Positions 12,372 to 21,797 of a stretch of DNA of 40,722 nucleotides are shown here, one piece after another. The notes under the pieces are model-generated. The model saw only the letters and a list, made by a program, of their open reading frames with translations. It was not told where the DNA came from and made no database searches. The stretch is from Cardiobacteriales bacterium. Lineage in GTDB: Bacteria > Pseudomonadota > Gammaproteobacteria > Cardiobacteriales > Wohlfahrtiimonadaceae. The translations under genes were made by a program, and so were the position numbers. The stretch spans positions 1 to 40,722 of the forward strand of contig JASLFR010000026.1 in NCBI GenBank assembly GCA_030150565.1, given 5' to 3'. How positions within the stretch are numbered: the stretch's first letter is position 1; every line of letters starts with the position of its first letter.

Positions 12372-12908
12372 ATGAGACGTTTAATGACAATTGGGGCGAT
12401 CGCGCTTCTTCTTGCAGGCTGTTTTGGTGGAGATGAAGAGAAGGCGGTGAGCAGTAAAGGGGGAGTTGAGCCTACACTCTCTAAAAATGGGGAGTTTTCG
12501 ATCCTTCTCGATAAAGGATTTAAAGATTATTACGACGAGTTTGATAAGATCGCTCACCGTGTTGTTGGGATCGATAAAGAGGCGATTAACCTCATCTATA
12601 TCAAAGGGGATCAAGAGCTAGGCGATATGGTGTACGGCTTAGGATTTGAATTTGGTAGAGATGAAGCGATCGATATGGATGGATTTAAGCAGATTCTTAA
12701 AGCAAATTTAGGGGAGGCGGGGAATGTAATTGAGCGTCCTAATCCTAAAGAGCTCGAGTATAGTTTAGTTAATGAGATGGGGGCGAAAGTGTATGAGTAC
12801 TGCCTCCTCTCAGCGGATAATCGATTCTTAACGGTTTCTGCTGCAAGTATTAAATCGATGGACAACTCTAAAAATCTGATCGATTCTATTAAAATTTTAA
12901 AGCCGTAA
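12372..12908 (+). CDS. Lipoprotein of unknown function
   Basis: The signal peptide with lipobox, MRRLMTIGAIALLLAGC, starts at the ATG at 12372, preceded by AGGAG at 6-nt spacing. I recognise no family. Confidence 0.6.
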   Translation: MRRLMTIGAIALLLAGCFGGDEEKAVSSKGGVEPTLSKNGEFSILLDKGFKDYYDEFDKIAHRVVGIDKEAINLIYIKGDQELGDMVYGLGFEFGRDEAIDMDGFKQILKANLGEAGNVIERPNPKELEYSLVNEMGAKVYEYCLLSADNRFLTVSAASIKSMDNSKNLIDSIKILKP

Positions 12909-12945
12909 ATACTCAAATTTTCCAAAGATGAGTTAATAATTGGAG

Positions 12946-12977
12946 AGCCCCACCCTTAAAGAGTGGGGCTTTTTTTG
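12946..12977 (+). terminator. Rho-independent terminator after the lipoprotein gene
   Basis: AGCCCCAC (12946-12953), 9-nt loop, GTGGGGCT (12963-12970), then TTTTTTT. Confidence 0.8.
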
Positions 12978-13013
12978 TGCAAGATGTGTGATCTTTAACC
13001 GTTCGTTAGCGAT

Positions 13014-13745
13014 TTATTGGATTCGGTTCCGAATGCGCTCTGCTCGTTCAGCAGGTGCTGGGTGTGAGCTAAAGAGTGAATTTCCACCCCCCATCTTTGC
13101 TAACTTATCGAAAGCGGTAGCCAGAGCGATGGGATTATAGTTGTAGCGCGTTAAGAGCTCGAAGGAGTAGTTATCCGCCTCTAACTCTTGTCGTTGTGAG
13201 AATTGCGCATTTAAGAAACCTTCACCGAGCGCCCCTAATTGTGAGCGGCTCAATACCGCCAATCGAGAATCGCCACTACTTAAAATATCGCGCCCAAGTG
13301 ATGCGAGCATTGCGGTTCTAAAGCGATTTTTTGTATGTCCAAGAGCGACGTGACCAATCTCATGACCAAGAACGCCCCGCACTTCATCATCACTCATTAA
13401 ATCCATCAAACCAGAGTAGATACGGATACAGCCGTTAGGCATCGCCCACGCATTCGCTTCATTCTTCTGATAGACCCGATAATTGAGAGTCACTCCATTA
13501 ACAGTGGTGGGAAGCCCCTTTTTAATTGCGGCAAGACGGCGCCCATAGCTACTATTGTCAGGCGCAATTTGATGTTTTTGATCCATCTCTTGGCATGATT
13601 GTTCTGAAGCTCCCTGTAGACTCTGATCCGTCAACGTTAATGCTTGAACTCCCTTCATCCCCATCTGTAGCGCTGCCTGATCACTAATGCAGCTTGTGAG
13701 AAGTAGAGAGCTTGCGATGATGGCGCTCTTAACGAGATGATTCAT
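13014..13745 (-). CDS. loiP: M48-family metalloprotease lipoprotein LoiP/YggG
   Basis: 243 aa with lipobox LLLTSC and zinc motif HEIGHV. Long identical blocks match E. coli YggG/LoiP as I remember it: CQEMD, NGCIRIYSGLMD, FSQRQELEAD, FDKLAK, HPAPAERA. Confidence 0.88.
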   Translation of the reverse strand: MNHLVKSAIIASSLLLTSCISDQAALQMGMKGVQALTLTDQSLQGASEQSCQEMDQKHQIAPDNSSYGRRLAAIKKGLPTTVNGVTLNYRVYQKNEANAWAMPNGCIRIYSGLMDLMSDDEVRGVLGHEIGHVALGHTKNRFRTAMLASLGRDILSSGDSRLAVLSRSQLGALGEGFLNAQFSQRQELEADNYSFELLTRYNYNPIALATAFDKLAKMGGGNSLFSSHPAPAERAERIRNRIQ

Positions 13746-13760
13746 AATAATTTTACCTCT

Positions 13761-15440
13761 TTAATTGATATTGAAATCGGGGTGAATCTGCCCAAGCAGC
13801 TCTTTAGCATGTTGATAGGTGGTATCGCTTAAGGTGACGCCGCCAAGCATTCGTGCGATCTCCCCAATGCGCTCCTCATGATTGAGCTCACGAAGGGAGG
13901 TGGTTGTCTCGTTTCTCCCTTTACTCTTCTCAACGAGGAGATGATGATGACCAAAAATAGCAACTTGTGGAAGGTGGGTAACACAGATCACCTGCCGCCC
14001 TTCACTCAGTTGGTGAAGGTGTTGCCCAATAATCTCCGCAACAGCACCCCCCACACCTGTATCGACCTCATCAAAGACTAGAATAGGGCGTGCTGATTTG
14101 AGGCTTAAAATAACGGCAATCGCAAGGCTAATTCGGGCAAGCTCCCCTCCAGAAGCGACTTGGTTGAGGGGCATGAGGGGTTGACCAGGGTTAGCGGAGA
14201 CCTCAAATTCAATGCGTTCATTCCCTTGTGGGTGGAAAGGGGGAAGGGGGGCGAGTTTAATTTTAAAGACTCCCCCCTCCATCGCAAGATTCTGCATCGC
14301 TTCGGTGATCTTCTGGTTGAGCGCTTTCACCCCCTTTTTACGCCCTTTAGTGAGTAGATCTGCCTCCCTTTGCCATCTCTCTTCAGCCTCTTTGATCTTC
14401 TCTTTTAACGCCTCAAGATCCTCTTCAGAGAGATCCGATTCTGCAAGCTCCTTCTCAAGGGCGGCCTGCTTCTCTAAGAGTGCCTCAGGCTCGATGCGAT
14501 GTTTTCGTGCCAATCCATTGAGTGCCCGCATTCGCTCATCGATCTCAATGAGCTCTTGCTCATCAAAATCTTCAAGATCGTGGTGCCGCTGGAGGCTCTG
14601 ATCCGATTCATTAATGAGGATTGAAGCATTCTCCAACATCTCCGCCAGCTCTTTAAATTGGGGCTCCTGCTCTGCAAGAGTGCTGATCTGGTTCTGAATA
14701 GCGGTGAGTTGCCGAATCACCCCCTCGTCACTATTGAGACGATCGAGGGAGCTTTGCAAAATAGAGAGCCGATTCTCATAATTGCTTAGAGAGGTGAAAC
14801 GCTCATTAATTCGCTCCCACTCATTCTCTTCAGGAGCGATGGAGTGAAACTCTGCTAATTGAAATTTGAGAAAGTTGATCCGCTCTTGGGCGCTCTCATC
14901 ACGGTTGAGTAGTGCCTCGTACTGCTGATGGAGCTCCTGAAGATTGGCGCTAAGAAGGGTGAGCTTGCGGTATTGAGGTTCACTATCGGAGAAGAGATCC
15001 ACAAGTCTGCGCTGCTCCGATTGCTTCATTAAAGATTGATGTGCATGTTGCCCATGGATATCGACAAGATGTTCCCCTAAACGCTTCAGCATATGGAGCG
15101 GCATGGGGCGACCATTAATAAATCCACGAGAGCGCCCACTTTTATTGATTACGCGTCGAAGAATGAGCTCATCTTCACCGCTCTCTAACTGCTGCTCTTT
15201 TAACCACTCCTTCACCCGGGGGAGCGCGCTCATATCGAAGGTTGCGGAGACCTCACCCTGATCTCTCCCTTTATAGATCATGTTGCTATTGGTACGCTCC
15301 CCTAAAAGGAGAGAGAGCGCATCAACTGTGATCGATTTTCCCGCCCCCGTCTCGCCGCTAATCACGGTGAGCCCTCTATGCAATTCAAGATTGAGGGTAT
15401 CGATAATGGCAAAATTGTGGATTGAGAGATCAATTAGCAT
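13761..15440 (-). CDS. recN: DNA repair protein RecN (SMC-like ATPase)
   Basis: 559 aa. It has Walker A GETGAGKS near the N-terminus, a long coiled-coil middle, the C-terminal signature SGGELARISLA and Walker B LVFDEVD. Confidence 0.95.
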   Translation of the reverse strand: MLIDLSIHNFAIIDTLNLELHRGLTVISGETGAGKSITVDALSLLLGERTNSNMIYKGRDQGEVSATFDMSALPRVKEWLKEQQLESGEDELILRRVINKSGRSRGFINGRPMPLHMLKRLGEHLVDIHGQHAHQSLMKQSEQRRLVDLFSDSEPQYRKLTLLSANLQELHQQYEALLNRDESAQERINFLKFQLAEFHSIAPEENEWERINERFTSLSNYENRLSILQSSLDRLNSDEGVIRQLTAIQNQISTLAEQEPQFKELAEMLENASILINESDQSLQRHHDLEDFDEQELIEIDERMRALNGLARKHRIEPEALLEKQAALEKELAESDLSEEDLEALKEKIKEAEERWQREADLLTKGRKKGVKALNQKITEAMQNLAMEGGVFKIKLAPLPPFHPQGNERIEFEVSANPGQPLMPLNQVASGGELARISLAIAVILSLKSARPILVFDEVDTGVGGAVAEIIGQHLHQLSEGRQVICVTHLPQVAIFGHHHLLVEKSKGRNETTTSLRELNHEERIGEIARMLGGVTLSDTTYQHAKELLGQIHPDFNIN

Positions 15441-15449
15441 AAGTCACGC

Positions 15450-15689
15450 TCATTTAGAAGAATCGGTTTTCAATATTAAAATTAGAGAATCGAGATCGAT
15501 GGGGCTTGGGTAATCAACGCCATCAATATGGAGAACAGGGATCGACCAGCCCCACTTCTCAACCAGTTTAGGATCATCTGCAATCTCGATATAGTGGTAA
15601 TCGATCGAGGCTTCCTTTAATTGCTCCTCTAAATCATCACAAAGATGGCAACCATCTGTACCGTAGAGGAGGGGTTTACACTTATCCAT
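15450..15689 (-). CDS. Glutaredoxin-like small protein (DUF836 type)
   Basis: From the internal Met the protein reads MDKCKPLLYGTDGCHLCD...DPKLVEKWGWSIPVL, a thioredoxin-fold CxxC protein of about 79 aa. The longer track start at 15761 would overlap the upstream gene by 50 nt. Confidence 0.65.
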   Translation of the reverse strand: MDKCKPLLYGTDGCHLCDDLEEQLKEASIDYHYIEIADDPKLVEKWGWSIPVLHIDGVDYPSPIDLDSLILILKTDSSK

Positions 15690-15711
15690 AAAATTATTAC
15701 TGATCAATAGG

Positions 15712-16416
15712 TTAGTGGGATGAATCTTTTTGAGAGGGGGCAGGCTCTGGAATTCTGCCAACCGCTAACTCGAGGGCGCGGATGATTTTATCCCCTTCGT
15801 TCTCTAAGAAGCGTTGCGCCTCTTTTGAGTGTAAGAAATTTTGGATCAGGGAGCTCTGTAGCATCGCTTGCAGTTGAGAAGATTCGATTCTCTCCCCCGC
15901 TTTAAGGAGCGCTTCAGGCGTAAAGAGGCTTCTGAAGTGGCTAAATGAGTTTAAACTCCTCTTATAATAGGGGGAGCGAACAAACTGATTGAGATTTTTT
16001 CCCTCTAAAACCACCTGCTTTTTAAAGATATTGGTGACGATTTTTGTCGCCCAGCGGCTAATGAAGCGGGCTAGAATGGTTAAAGCGATCGCCGATGCGA
16101 TGATGACATAACCGATCTTCCACCCCCAACCATCGATAAAGAAGAGCGCGACAATAATATTAGTAGCGATGATCATCGATGCAACAATGAGGAACTGCGT
16201 TGCGTGTTTCATCAACGTTTTAGAGATTAACCCTGTAAAGTGGTAGATCACCCGCTGAGGCGCCTCTTCAAAAAATTCACGATCGGTGACAGAGCGTCTG
16301 TTAGGCATCTCTAAAAATTGAAAATCGGCCTCTTCTTGCGTTCTAGATGCTGTATCTGCCCCATTTTTCTGTTGCTGTTCGTTCGACTTCACGCTCAATA
16401 ATCCTCTCTTGTTCAA
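15712..16416 (-). CDS. Hypothetical membrane protein (two central TM helices)
   Basis: 234-aa ORF. It has a polar N-terminus, two hydrophobic helices (FLIVASMIIATNIIVALFFI and IGYVIIASAIALTILARFI) and a helical polar C-terminus. I recognise no family. Confidence 0.55.
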   Translation of the reverse strand: MNKRGLLSVKSNEQQQKNGADTASRTQEEADFQFLEMPNRRSVTDREFFEEAPQRVIYHFTGLISKTLMKHATQFLIVASMIIATNIIVALFFIDGWGWKIGYVIIASAIALTILARFISRWATKIVTNIFKKQVVLEGKNLNQFVRSPYYKRSLNSFSHFRSLFTPEALLKAGERIESSQLQAMLQSSLIQNFLHSKEAQRFLENEGDKIIRALELAVGRIPEPAPSQKDSSH

Positions 16417-16501
16417 TTCTTAAATTGCGGATTTTCCCTTTTCATCATTATCGATTATTCCGCTATACTTTAGCCCATTATTGTAAATCAAAAGTAGGGC
16501 G

Positions 16502-17482
16502 ATGAGTACAGTGAGTAACGAAGATTATATTGCAGGAGCAAAGCGGGTTTTGACGATTGAAGCGGCCGCAATTGAGGCGCTCCACTCCGAGATTGATGAG
16601 AATTTTATTGCGATCTGTGAGGAGCTTCGCTCCATTAAAGGGCGGGTTGTCGTCACAGGGATGGGCAAATCTGGACATATTGGGCGTAAAATTGCAGCAA
16701 CCCTTGCAAGTACAGGGACGCCCGCCTTTTTTGTTCACCCAGCTGAAGCGAGTCACGGCGATTTAGGGATGATCACCCAAGAGGATGCACTCCTTGCGCT
16801 CTCATACTCTGGCGAGAGTGATGAGATTCTCTCGGTGCTCCCCCTTATTTTGCGCCAAAATATTCCCCTCATTGCGATTACAGGTGCCCCAGAATCGAGT
16901 TTAGCGCGGGCAGCTCACTACCATCTTAACGTTGCGATTGAGGAGGAGGCGTGCCCTTTAGGATTAGCGCCAACGGCTAGCACAACAGCAACCCTTGCGA
17001 TGGGGGATGCATTAGCGGTTACACTCCTTGAGATGCGAGGATTTACGTCAGATGATTTCGCTTTCTCCCATCCCGGGGGGAAATTGGGGCGCCGTCTGCT
17101 GATGCGGGTTGAGGATATTATGGCCCCTTATGAAGAGATCGCTCGCGTCTCTAAAGAGATGCCGTTAGCGGATGCCCTTCTTGAGATGACCCGTTACCCA
17201 CTTGGCATGGTGGTGATTGATGATGCTTCACAAAAGTTGCTGGGGGTCTTTACGGAAGGGGATCTGCGCCGCACCTTTATGAATCAGTACGATCTAAAGG
17301 AGCTTACTATTGAGGCGTGTATGACCGAGAAGCCTTATACCATCGATCGGGAAGCGTTGGCAGTCGATGCACTCAATTTGATGGAGGCGCGTAAAATTAC
17401 AGCGCTCCCTGTGCTCGATCGAGATGAGCGTATTGTAGGGGTGATCAATATGCACCATCTTCTACAGGCTCGTGTGATTTAA
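16502..17482 (+). CDS. kdsD: Arabinose-5-phosphate isomerase (SIS plus tandem CBS domains)
   Basis: 326 aa with the SIS motif VVVTGMGKSGHIGRKIAATLASTGTPAFFVHPAEASHGDLG and two C-terminal CBS repeats. Length and architecture match KdsD/GutQ. Confidence 0.88.
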   Translation: MSTVSNEDYIAGAKRVLTIEAAAIEALHSEIDENFIAICEELRSIKGRVVVTGMGKSGHIGRKIAATLASTGTPAFFVHPAEASHGDLGMITQEDALLALSYSGESDEILSVLPLILRQNIPLIAITGAPESSLARAAHYHLNVAIEEEACPLGLAPTASTTATLAMGDALAVTLLEMRGFTSDDFAFSHPGGKLGRRLLMRVEDIMAPYEEIARVSKEMPLADALLEMTRYPLGMVVIDDASQKLLGVFTEGDLRRTFMNQYDLKELTIEACMTEKPYTIDREALAVDALNLMEARKITALPVLDRDERIVGVINMHHLLQARVI

Positions 17483-17499
17483 GGGGTAGAGAGATTAGG

Positions 17500-19482
17500 A
17501 TGAGACTCAATCAACAGCAGAGCGAGGCCGTTCGAATTGTCGATCGGCCTCTTTTAGTCTTAGCGGGCGCAGGATCGGGGAAGACCCGTGTGATCACTGA
17601 GAAGATCAAATATCTTATCGAGCAGCACCGTTACGCACCAAAATCGATCTATGCGGTCACTTTTACCAATAAAGCGGCAAATGAGATGCGGGAGCGCTTA
17701 ATGGGGACGCTTGGAAAAGAGCGGGCTAAAGCGGTACGGGTGCGCACGTTCCATACACTCGGGCTCTCTATTTTGAAGCGGCATGGACACTTTTTGGGGT
17801 TGAGATCGGGGTTCTCCATCTATGATCAGAATGATAGCGCCCACCTTTTAGCGTTAATCGCCCCTGAGCTCGACTCTAATGAGCTTGCTCTCCTGCAAGA
17901 TCGTATCGGGAGCTGGAAGAATGATCGATTGCTTCCTGAAGGGTTGAGAGGGCGGGCGAAAGATGATCAGGAGGCGCTCGCTATTGAGTATTATGCAGAG
18001 TATCAGAAGCATCTTTTAGCGTATAACGCTGTCGATTTTGATGATCTTGTCTTAAAGACGCTCCTTCTCTTAGAGCGAGAATCCCACGTCTTAGCTTATT
18101 GGCAAGATCAAGTGCGCTACCTTTTAGTGGATGAGTATCAAGATACCAATGTGAGTCAATACCATCTTGTTCGGGTCTTGATGGGGGATCGTCCCCACTT
18201 TACTGTGGTGGGGGATGATGACCAATCGATCTACGCATGGCGAGGGGCGCGCCCTGAGAATCTGAATGATTTAGCTAAAGATTTCCCCAATTTAGAGCTG
18301 ATTAAATTGGAGCAGAATTATCGCTCAACAGGGCACATTTTAAAGGCTGCTAACCGATTGATTGCGGTCAATCCTCACCTTTATGATAAATCGCTCTGGT
18401 CTACCCTTGGTGAGGGGGATCCCATTGAGATTCACGACTTTTCAGGGGATGATGAAGAGGCGGAATTTATCGCCGACCATATTGCGCATCAACAATTGGT
18501 CTATAAGCGGCGTCTCGATAGCTTTGCGATTCTCTATCGGGGGAATCATCAATCACGCCGTTTTGAGATGGCGCTACAACGGCGTAGAATTCCAGTCAAT
18601 ATTGTGGGGGGAACCTCCTTCTTCCAGCAAGAGGAGGTGAATATTCTGCTCCACTACCTAAAATTGATCGCAAATCCTGAAGATGATGCAGCGCTTTTGA
18701 GAGTCATTAATATACCGAGCCGTGAGATTGGGGCAGCCTCTTTGCTGAAATTGACGGAATTTGCGAAAGTGCATGAGTTAACCCTCTTCGAGACGCTCGC
18801 TCACCCACAGCTCCATAGCTTTATTGGGCGCAATATTGCGCACCGCTGTTTACGCTTTCATCAAATTATTCTGGAGGCGCAAGCGCTGCTCGATGATGTG
18901 GAGGCGCTCTTTCATCAGCTGATTGAGTCGATCAACTACTCACAATATCTGCAGGAGATCTCCTCCTCCCCCCAAGCGTTTGAGCGCCGAATGAAGAGTG
19001 TAGAGCAGCTTTCCCGCTGGTTTATCGATCAGCCCCGTAATCTGCGGGAGATTCTCTCCCATCTAACGCTCATCTCCATTTTAGAGAGTAGTGATGGGGA
19101 GAAGGAGCAGGATGCCGTAACGCTCATGACGCTCCATAGCGCAAAAGGGCTCGAATTTCCTACCGTCTTTCTTGTGGGGGCAGAAGAGGATATTATCCCT
19201 CACCGTAATAGTATTGATGAGGGAGAAAGTGGCATTCAGGAGGAGCGTCGCCTCTTCTATGTGGGGATCACCCGTGCGCAGAAGCAGCTCTTTATCACCT
19301 ATTGTCGCCAGCGAAGAAGGTATGGAGAGTGGGAATCGCGCGCAAGAAGTCGCTTTATCGATGAGCTTCCTGAAGAGAATATCTTACGAAGAGGGGAGAG
19401 TGCCCCTTCAAAAGAGGAGCTACAGCAGGTAAGGAGCGATACTTTCGCCGCACTTACAGCGATGCTAGAGGGGAATTCGTAG
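17500..19482 (+). CDS. rep: ATP-dependent DNA helicase Rep (SF1, UvrD/Rep family)
   Basis: 660 aa containing AGAGSGKT (motif I), TFTNKAANEM, the DEYQDT motif (II), NYRS, TLHSAKGLEF and VGITRA. The length fits Rep rather than UvrD. Confidence 0.85.
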   Translation: MRLNQQQSEAVRIVDRPLLVLAGAGSGKTRVITEKIKYLIEQHRYAPKSIYAVTFTNKAANEMRERLMGTLGKERAKAVRVRTFHTLGLSILKRHGHFLGLRSGFSIYDQNDSAHLLALIAPELDSNELALLQDRIGSWKNDRLLPEGLRGRAKDDQEALAIEYYAEYQKHLLAYNAVDFDDLVLKTLLLLERESHVLAYWQDQVRYLLVDEYQDTNVSQYHLVRVLMGDRPHFTVVGDDDQSIYAWRGARPENLNDLAKDFPNLELIKLEQNYRSTGHILKAANRLIAVNPHLYDKSLWSTLGEGDPIEIHDFSGDDEEAEFIADHIAHQQLVYKRRLDSFAILYRGNHQSRRFEMALQRRRIPVNIVGGTSFFQQEEVNILLHYLKLIANPEDDAALLRVINIPSREIGAASLLKLTEFAKVHELTLFETLAHPQLHSFIGRNIAHRCLRFHQIILEAQALLDDVEALFHQLIESINYSQYLQEISSSPQAFERRMKSVEQLSRWFIDQPRNLREILSHLTLISILESSDGEKEQDAVTLMTLHSAKGLEFPTVFLVGAEEDIIPHRNSIDEGESGIQEERRLFYVGITRAQKQLFITYCRQRRRYGEWESRARSRFIDELPEENILRRGESAPSKEELQQVRSDTFAALTAMLEGNS

Positions 19483-19546
19483 CTATTAATCAGTCGCTTA
19501 GTTATATTTAACCGATCTATAGATCTTTAATATGAGGAGAGGGGAG

Positions 19547-20269
19547 ATGGTGGATCAGAAGAGAGATTTTGGAAGCCGCCTAGAGCGAACGCTCTATTTT
19601 TTAGGGGGAGCGGGTTGGCTTCTTTCGATTGTTATTACCTTTGTCTGGGTGTTATCCCTTAAATATCCAATCTCATTCAATCCTAATAAGGCGGTTGCGC
19701 TCCTATTTTTTGAAATTGGGACATTTTTGGAAAATATTGAGGGGCTCTATAGTTATCGCTATATCTTCTTAGGATTAGTCTGGGCTGTTCTGATTCTGCT
19801 TACGCTCTGGCTTCTGCTCAATCTTAAATTTATAGAGCGCTCTTACCTCGCTTCACTCTACGCTCTGCCAATGCTTTTAGGGCTTGGGTTGATGACGCCC
19901 GATCTTTTAAGCTTCTTTAATGAGTATGAGATTAATATTGAGACGATTATTAAAGAGATCGGTTCCGCCTTTAGTTATGGCACCCCCTCTTTAGGCATTG
20001 TAGAGAAGGGGATGGAGGTGATTGAAGGGAATGCGCTCTCATTCCATCTTCTCTTTGGTGGGCTCTACCTCTTTTTGCTCTTAAGCGCTCTACTGATGCT
20101 CTTTTTAGGGGGGATTAAGAGAAGAGAGGAGGGGAGTCTTACGCTCATAAAGCGGGGATTAGCTGGGGTGGGGGCTATTATTCTCCTTCTTTTTCTCTAC
20201 TATACCGTCCCCTTCTATATCGAACAGTGGAGTAGCGATAGCCTCTTCAGTTTAGAGGGTTACTTTTAA
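19547..20269 (+). CDS. Hypothetical polytopic membrane protein
   Basis: The ORF has about 5-6 hydrophobic helices. The ATG at 19547 follows the GAGGAGAGGGGAG purine tract, so it is preferred over the ATG at 19532. The gene ends 17 nt before the TonB-family gene. I recognise no family, and it lacks the ExbB/TolQ signature. Confidence 0.55.
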   Translation: MVDQKRDFGSRLERTLYFLGGAGWLLSIVITFVWVLSLKYPISFNPNKAVALLFFEIGTFLENIEGLYSYRYIFLGLVWAVLILLTLWLLLNLKFIERSYLASLYALPMLLGLGLMTPDLLSFFNEYEINIETIIKEIGSAFSYGTPSLGIVEKGMEVIEGNALSFHLLFGGLYLFLLLSALLMLFLGGIKRREEGSLTLIKRGLAGVGAIILLLFLYYTVPFYIEQWSSDSLFSLEGYF

Positions 20270-20286
20270 TGGGAAAGGGGGATTGA

Positions 20287-21021
20287 TTGCTCTTCCGTTT
20301 TGCGCTCCTACTCTCTGTGCTGCTTCTTCATTGGGGTGGTGTGCAGCTTCTTCTTTCGGTGAGTAAGGAGCGGCAGAGTGAGCGGATTCAATTTTCCGCT
20401 CAGCCCCTTCAAATCTCCGCAAAGTTGATACCATTTTCGAAAAGCGATCTTGGAAGAGCGCTGCAGAAGAGAGTAGAAGAGAGTGATGCACTTGTTGAGG
20501 ATTACTTTAAAACTCAACGTGAGCGCAGGGAGATGTTGAGTCTTCAGGTTCAACAAAAACGAGCATTATTGCGCCAAAAAGAGGTGGATCAGAGGCGAGC
20601 AGAGGAATTGAAAGCCCCCAGTAAGCGTAGACTTCAGCCAGAAGGGGAGCGAAAGAGGGGGGAGAATCAGCAAGTGGCAGAGGCTCAAAAGGGGAAAGAG
20701 AGGAAAATTACTGATAATTTCAATCGATCTGCATTTGTAAAAGGGGTGATGCAGCAGTTAAAACCCCTTATTCAACACTGCTACCCAGAGCTCTCACGGC
20801 GGCGTGGAGAGGAGGGGCGAGTTGAGCTCACCTTAGAGTTAAGAGCTAAGGGGGATTTTCACCTCTCTTTACGTCGCTCAAGTGGATTTAGTCGATTAGA
20901 TCGCTGCGCTATAGAGGCGATTACTGATGCTCTGAATCATCCTACCTTTAAAGCTGAGCGGGAGCGACTTGAGCACTCGGTAACCTTCCCCCTCCCTGCG
21001 ATAGAGTTTCGTCTGCAATGA
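20287..21021 (+). CDS. tonB: TonB-family energy transducer
   Basis: TTG start, N-terminal TM anchor (FALLLSVLLLHWGGVQLLL) and a TonB_C-like C-terminus: YPELSRRRGEEGRVELTLEL...SSGFSRLDRCAIEAI. The linker is K/E/R/Q-rich rather than Pro-rich. Confidence 0.75.
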   Translation: MLFRFALLLSVLLLHWGGVQLLLSVSKERQSERIQFSAQPLQISAKLIPFSKSDLGRALQKRVEESDALVEDYFKTQRERREMLSLQVQQKRALLRQKEVDQRRAEELKAPSKRRLQPEGERKRGENQQVAEAQKGKERKITDNFNRSAFVKGVMQQLKPLIQHCYPELSRRRGEEGRVELTLELRAKGDFHLSLRRSSGFSRLDRCAIEAITDALNHPTFKAERERLEHSVTFPLPAIEFRLQ

Positions 21022-21797
21022 TATTATCGATCGATTCAGCCACAATTTTTGATCCAAAGCGGCGGCGAATCCTTCTACAGGATCTCTCATTCTCTCTCCC
21101 TTTAGGCGCTAAACTTGCGATTATTGGGCCAAATGGTGCGGGGAAGAGCTCTCTTGTGAGAGCGATTGTGGGGTTGATGCCGATGGAGGCGGAGCGATTT
21201 CACCTTTTAGGGGAGTCTTACCAACCCCCATTTTCAGAAAAAATTGCTACACAATTTTCAAGAAAGATCGCTTTTGTCGCACAAGAGCGGCAGCTGCCCG
21301 AATCGATGGAGGTATCGCTCTGGTGTGAGTTAGCTCGTGCCCCTTACCACACTTTTGGGTATAGACTCTCCTTAAAAGAGTGGGAGTTGATCGATTACTA
21401 CTTAGAGCGGTTTCAACTCACCCCTTTTCGTAATCGAAATATCGCCTCTTTAAGTGGTGGAGAGCGGCAACGGCTCTTTGTGGCGACCGCTTTTATTCAG
21501 GAGACACCCCTCATTATCCTCGATGAGCCTAATAACTTTCTCGATCCTAAATATCGCACGCTTCTCAATCGAAGTGTAATGGCTGAAGTTGAGCGAAAGA
21601 GGAAGAGTCTGATTGCTGTTACGCACGATTTAAATGGGCTCACCCCTTTTACCCATCTGCTCGTGCTAAAAGAGGGGCGGATGCTCTATTTTGGAGCGAA
21701 GGAGGGGTGGCTCAATCGGGAGAATTTAAGTGAGCTCTATCAATATCCCTTTAAAGAGGTGAAGGAGGAGGAGAGTGGTGAATACTTCTACTTTTAA
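21018..21797 (+). CDS. ABC transporter ATP-binding protein (BtuD/FecE/HmuV class)
   Basis: Walker A GPNGAGKSS, signature LSGGERQR, Walker B LIILDEP. Its ATG overlaps the tonB stop (ATGA). Confidence 0.88.
   Translation: MILSIDSATIFDPKRRRILLQDLSFSLPLGAKLAIIGPNGAGKSSLVRAIVGLMPMEAERFHLLGESYQPPFSEKIATQFSRKIAFVAQERQLPESMEVSLWCELARAPYHTFGYRLSLKEWELIDYYLERFQLTPFRNRNIASLSGGERQRLFVATAFIQETPLIILDEPNNFLDPKYRTLLNRSVMAEVERKRKSLIAVTHDLNGLTPFTHLLVLKEGRMLYFGAKEGWLNRENLSELYQYPFKEVKEEESGEYFYF

Noticed and set aside
14212-14601. 129-aa ORF (and neighbours at 13878-14081, 14160-14357, 14474-14677) overlapping recN.
   Set aside because: They are antisense or out-of-frame ORFs inside a strongly conserved gene. 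They are Ser/Arg-rich and low-complexity, which is typical of frame artefacts.
19547-20269. Considered whether the membrane protein upstream of tonB is a divergent ExbB, since it is similar in length to E. coli ExbB (244 aa).
   Set aside because: The predicted topology (about 5-6 TM versus 3) does not fit. It also lacks the conserved ExbB/TolQ C-terminal TM signature (L-G-x-x-G-T-V-x-G-type) as far as I can judge by eye. It is left as unknown and flagged for a profile search.
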